Below are positions 61,421-64,000 of a stretch of DNA of 64,000 bases, piece after piece. Each line of letters begins with the position of its first letter. The first letter of the stretch is position 1. The notes beneath the pieces are model-generated. The model worked only from the letters and a program-made list of their open reading frames with translations. It was not told where the DNA came from and searched no databases. The stretch comes from the human T2T-CHM13v2.0 reference genome, Homo sapiens. Where the stretch lies: NCBI RefSeq assembly GCF_009914755.1, contig NC_060941.1, one strand, 5' to 3'. The translations under genes and the position numbers were made by a program.

Positions 61421-61689
61421 AGACAGTGCAAGCGGAGCCAAGGATATCTATGGGCCAGATTGCACCGGGGGGCAGTACAGCTCCCCCTCAACCCTGAGCC
61501 TGAGCGCCGACCCCCAGCACTCAGTCTCACTGTGGGCTGGAATCACTTTTTTCTTATTCCTTCTCTAAGACAAAAATGTGCAGTAGAATTCCCCAATGAA
61601 TACTGTGCCACCGACACCCACTGCTGCTGGTGATGGCAGTAGCCGGCCTCTGGGGAAAGCAAGGTGGCACCTACAACACTGGGCCCCAT

Positions 61690-62331
61690 GGAACCACGGG
61701 GGCCTTATGCGAGGGAGGCAGGAGCTTCAGGGTCAGAGCAGAGATCAACGGAACATGATTGCTGGCTCTGAAGGTGAAAGAAGGGGCCGCCACGAGCGAA
61801 GCAATGTGGACGTCCTTAAAGAACTGGGAAAGGCAGGGAAACAGATGTCCCTTGGAGCCTCCAGAGAGAACCAACTCGGTCAGCACCTCGGCTTCATCCT
61901 CATGAGACCTGGGTCAGACTTCTGACCTCTAAAAGTGTGAGAAAATACATTTGTCTTGCTTTCTTTTTTTTTTTTTTTTTTTTTTTTTGAGACTGAGTCT
62001 TGCTCTGTCACCCAGGCTAGAGTACAGTGGCACAATCTCGGCTCACTGCAACCTCTGCCTCCCGATTCAAGCGATTCTCCTGCCTCAGCTTCCTGAGCAG
62101 CTGGGACTACAGGTGCGCACCACCACACCTGGCTAATTTTTGTATTTTTAGTGGAGACAGGGTTTCACCATGTTGGTCAGGCTGGTCTCAAACTCCTGAT
62201 CTCGTGATCCACCTGCCTCGGCCTCCTAAAGTACTGGGATTACAGGCGTGAGCCACCGCATCCAGCCTTGGATTGTTTTAAGTCACTAACTTTATGGTCA
62301 TTTGTTCCAGCAGCAACAGGAAACTAATACA
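61690..62331 (+). mobile_element. MLT1-type LTR split by an antisense AluS (61960-62267)
   Basis: cagacttctgacctctaaaagtgtgagaaaatac...; cagcagcaacaggaaactaataca end. Confidence 0.75.
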
Positions 62332-62365
62332 GCAGGTGATTTAATCTCCTTAAGACTTCATTGCT

Positions 62366-63570
<1,205 letters not shown>

Positions 63571-63579
63571 AGATATTAT

Positions 63580-64000
63580 CTTTGGTGAACTACCTGAAGT
63601 CTTTTGCCCACTTAAAAAAAAAAAAGAAAAAGAAAAAACATGGAATTCTGTGTCGTTTTTTTTTTTTTTAATTTGTAAGAGTCCTTTGTATATTCTACAT
63701 ACAAGTTCTTTGTATTACAAGTATTTTCTCCCAGTCTGAGGCTTCCTGGCTCATGTTCTTGTAACGGTATCATTTGATGAGTGCAAGTTTTAAAATCTGA
63801 CAAAGTCTAATTTGTCCATTTTTTGAAAATAACTCTTGCTTTTTAGAAACCAACAGACCTTTGCCAGCCTAAAAGTTGCAGGTATTCTTTTGTATTTACT
63901 GCTTTTTTATTTTTTAATTTAATTTTTTTTTTTTTTTTGAGACAGCCTTGCTCTGTCGCCCAGGCTGGAGTGCAGCAGCACATTCTCGGCTCACTGCAAC
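63580..64000 (-). mobile_element. Antisense L1M fragment, then an antisense Alu cut by the window end
   Basis: tttgtatattctacatacaag...tattttctcccagtctg; poly-T then gagacag. Confidence 0.75.

Overview
GC-rich, Alu-dense primate (human-like) genomic DNA, recognisable as the ENPP7 locus (chr17q25.3 from recall; not visible in the window). The one protein-coding gene is ENPP7 (intestinal alkaline sphingomyelinase, NPP7) on the + strand. It has five coding exons (28898-29150, 31308-31453, 32844-33470, 34842-35061, 35717-35847; 253+146+627+220+131 = 1377 nt = 458 aa + stop, all introns GT-AG) and a non-coding last exon (39595 to about 40022, AATAAA at 39996). The MIR4739 hairpin lies on the - strand at 4981-5054. 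The rest is interspersed repeats (about 55 Alus, MaLR LTRs, L1M, L2, MIR, MER5A, MER47), three minisatellites (43/44, 53 and 75 bp units), microsatellites and an orphan CpG island at 45.2-46.5 kb. I found no new multi-gene system. The best second-look items are: (1) a tandem acceptor 19 nt upstream of exon 5 that restores the frame only when exon 4 is skipped; (2) an intronic VNTR carrying five TTCCTGGAA STAT sites; (3) an inverted, locally templated insertion with snap-back stutter inside an L1, resembling a fossil repair scar; (4) the orphan CpG island with an RFX X-box overlapping Kozak ATGs on both strands, followed by an AT-rich block with exon-like signals; (5) a CDX/HNF4/IR1 motif cluster at the ENPP7 promoter. 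Nearly all other ORFs in the track are repeat-derived or GC-content artefacts. Repeat boundaries and subfamily calls are by eye and approximate.
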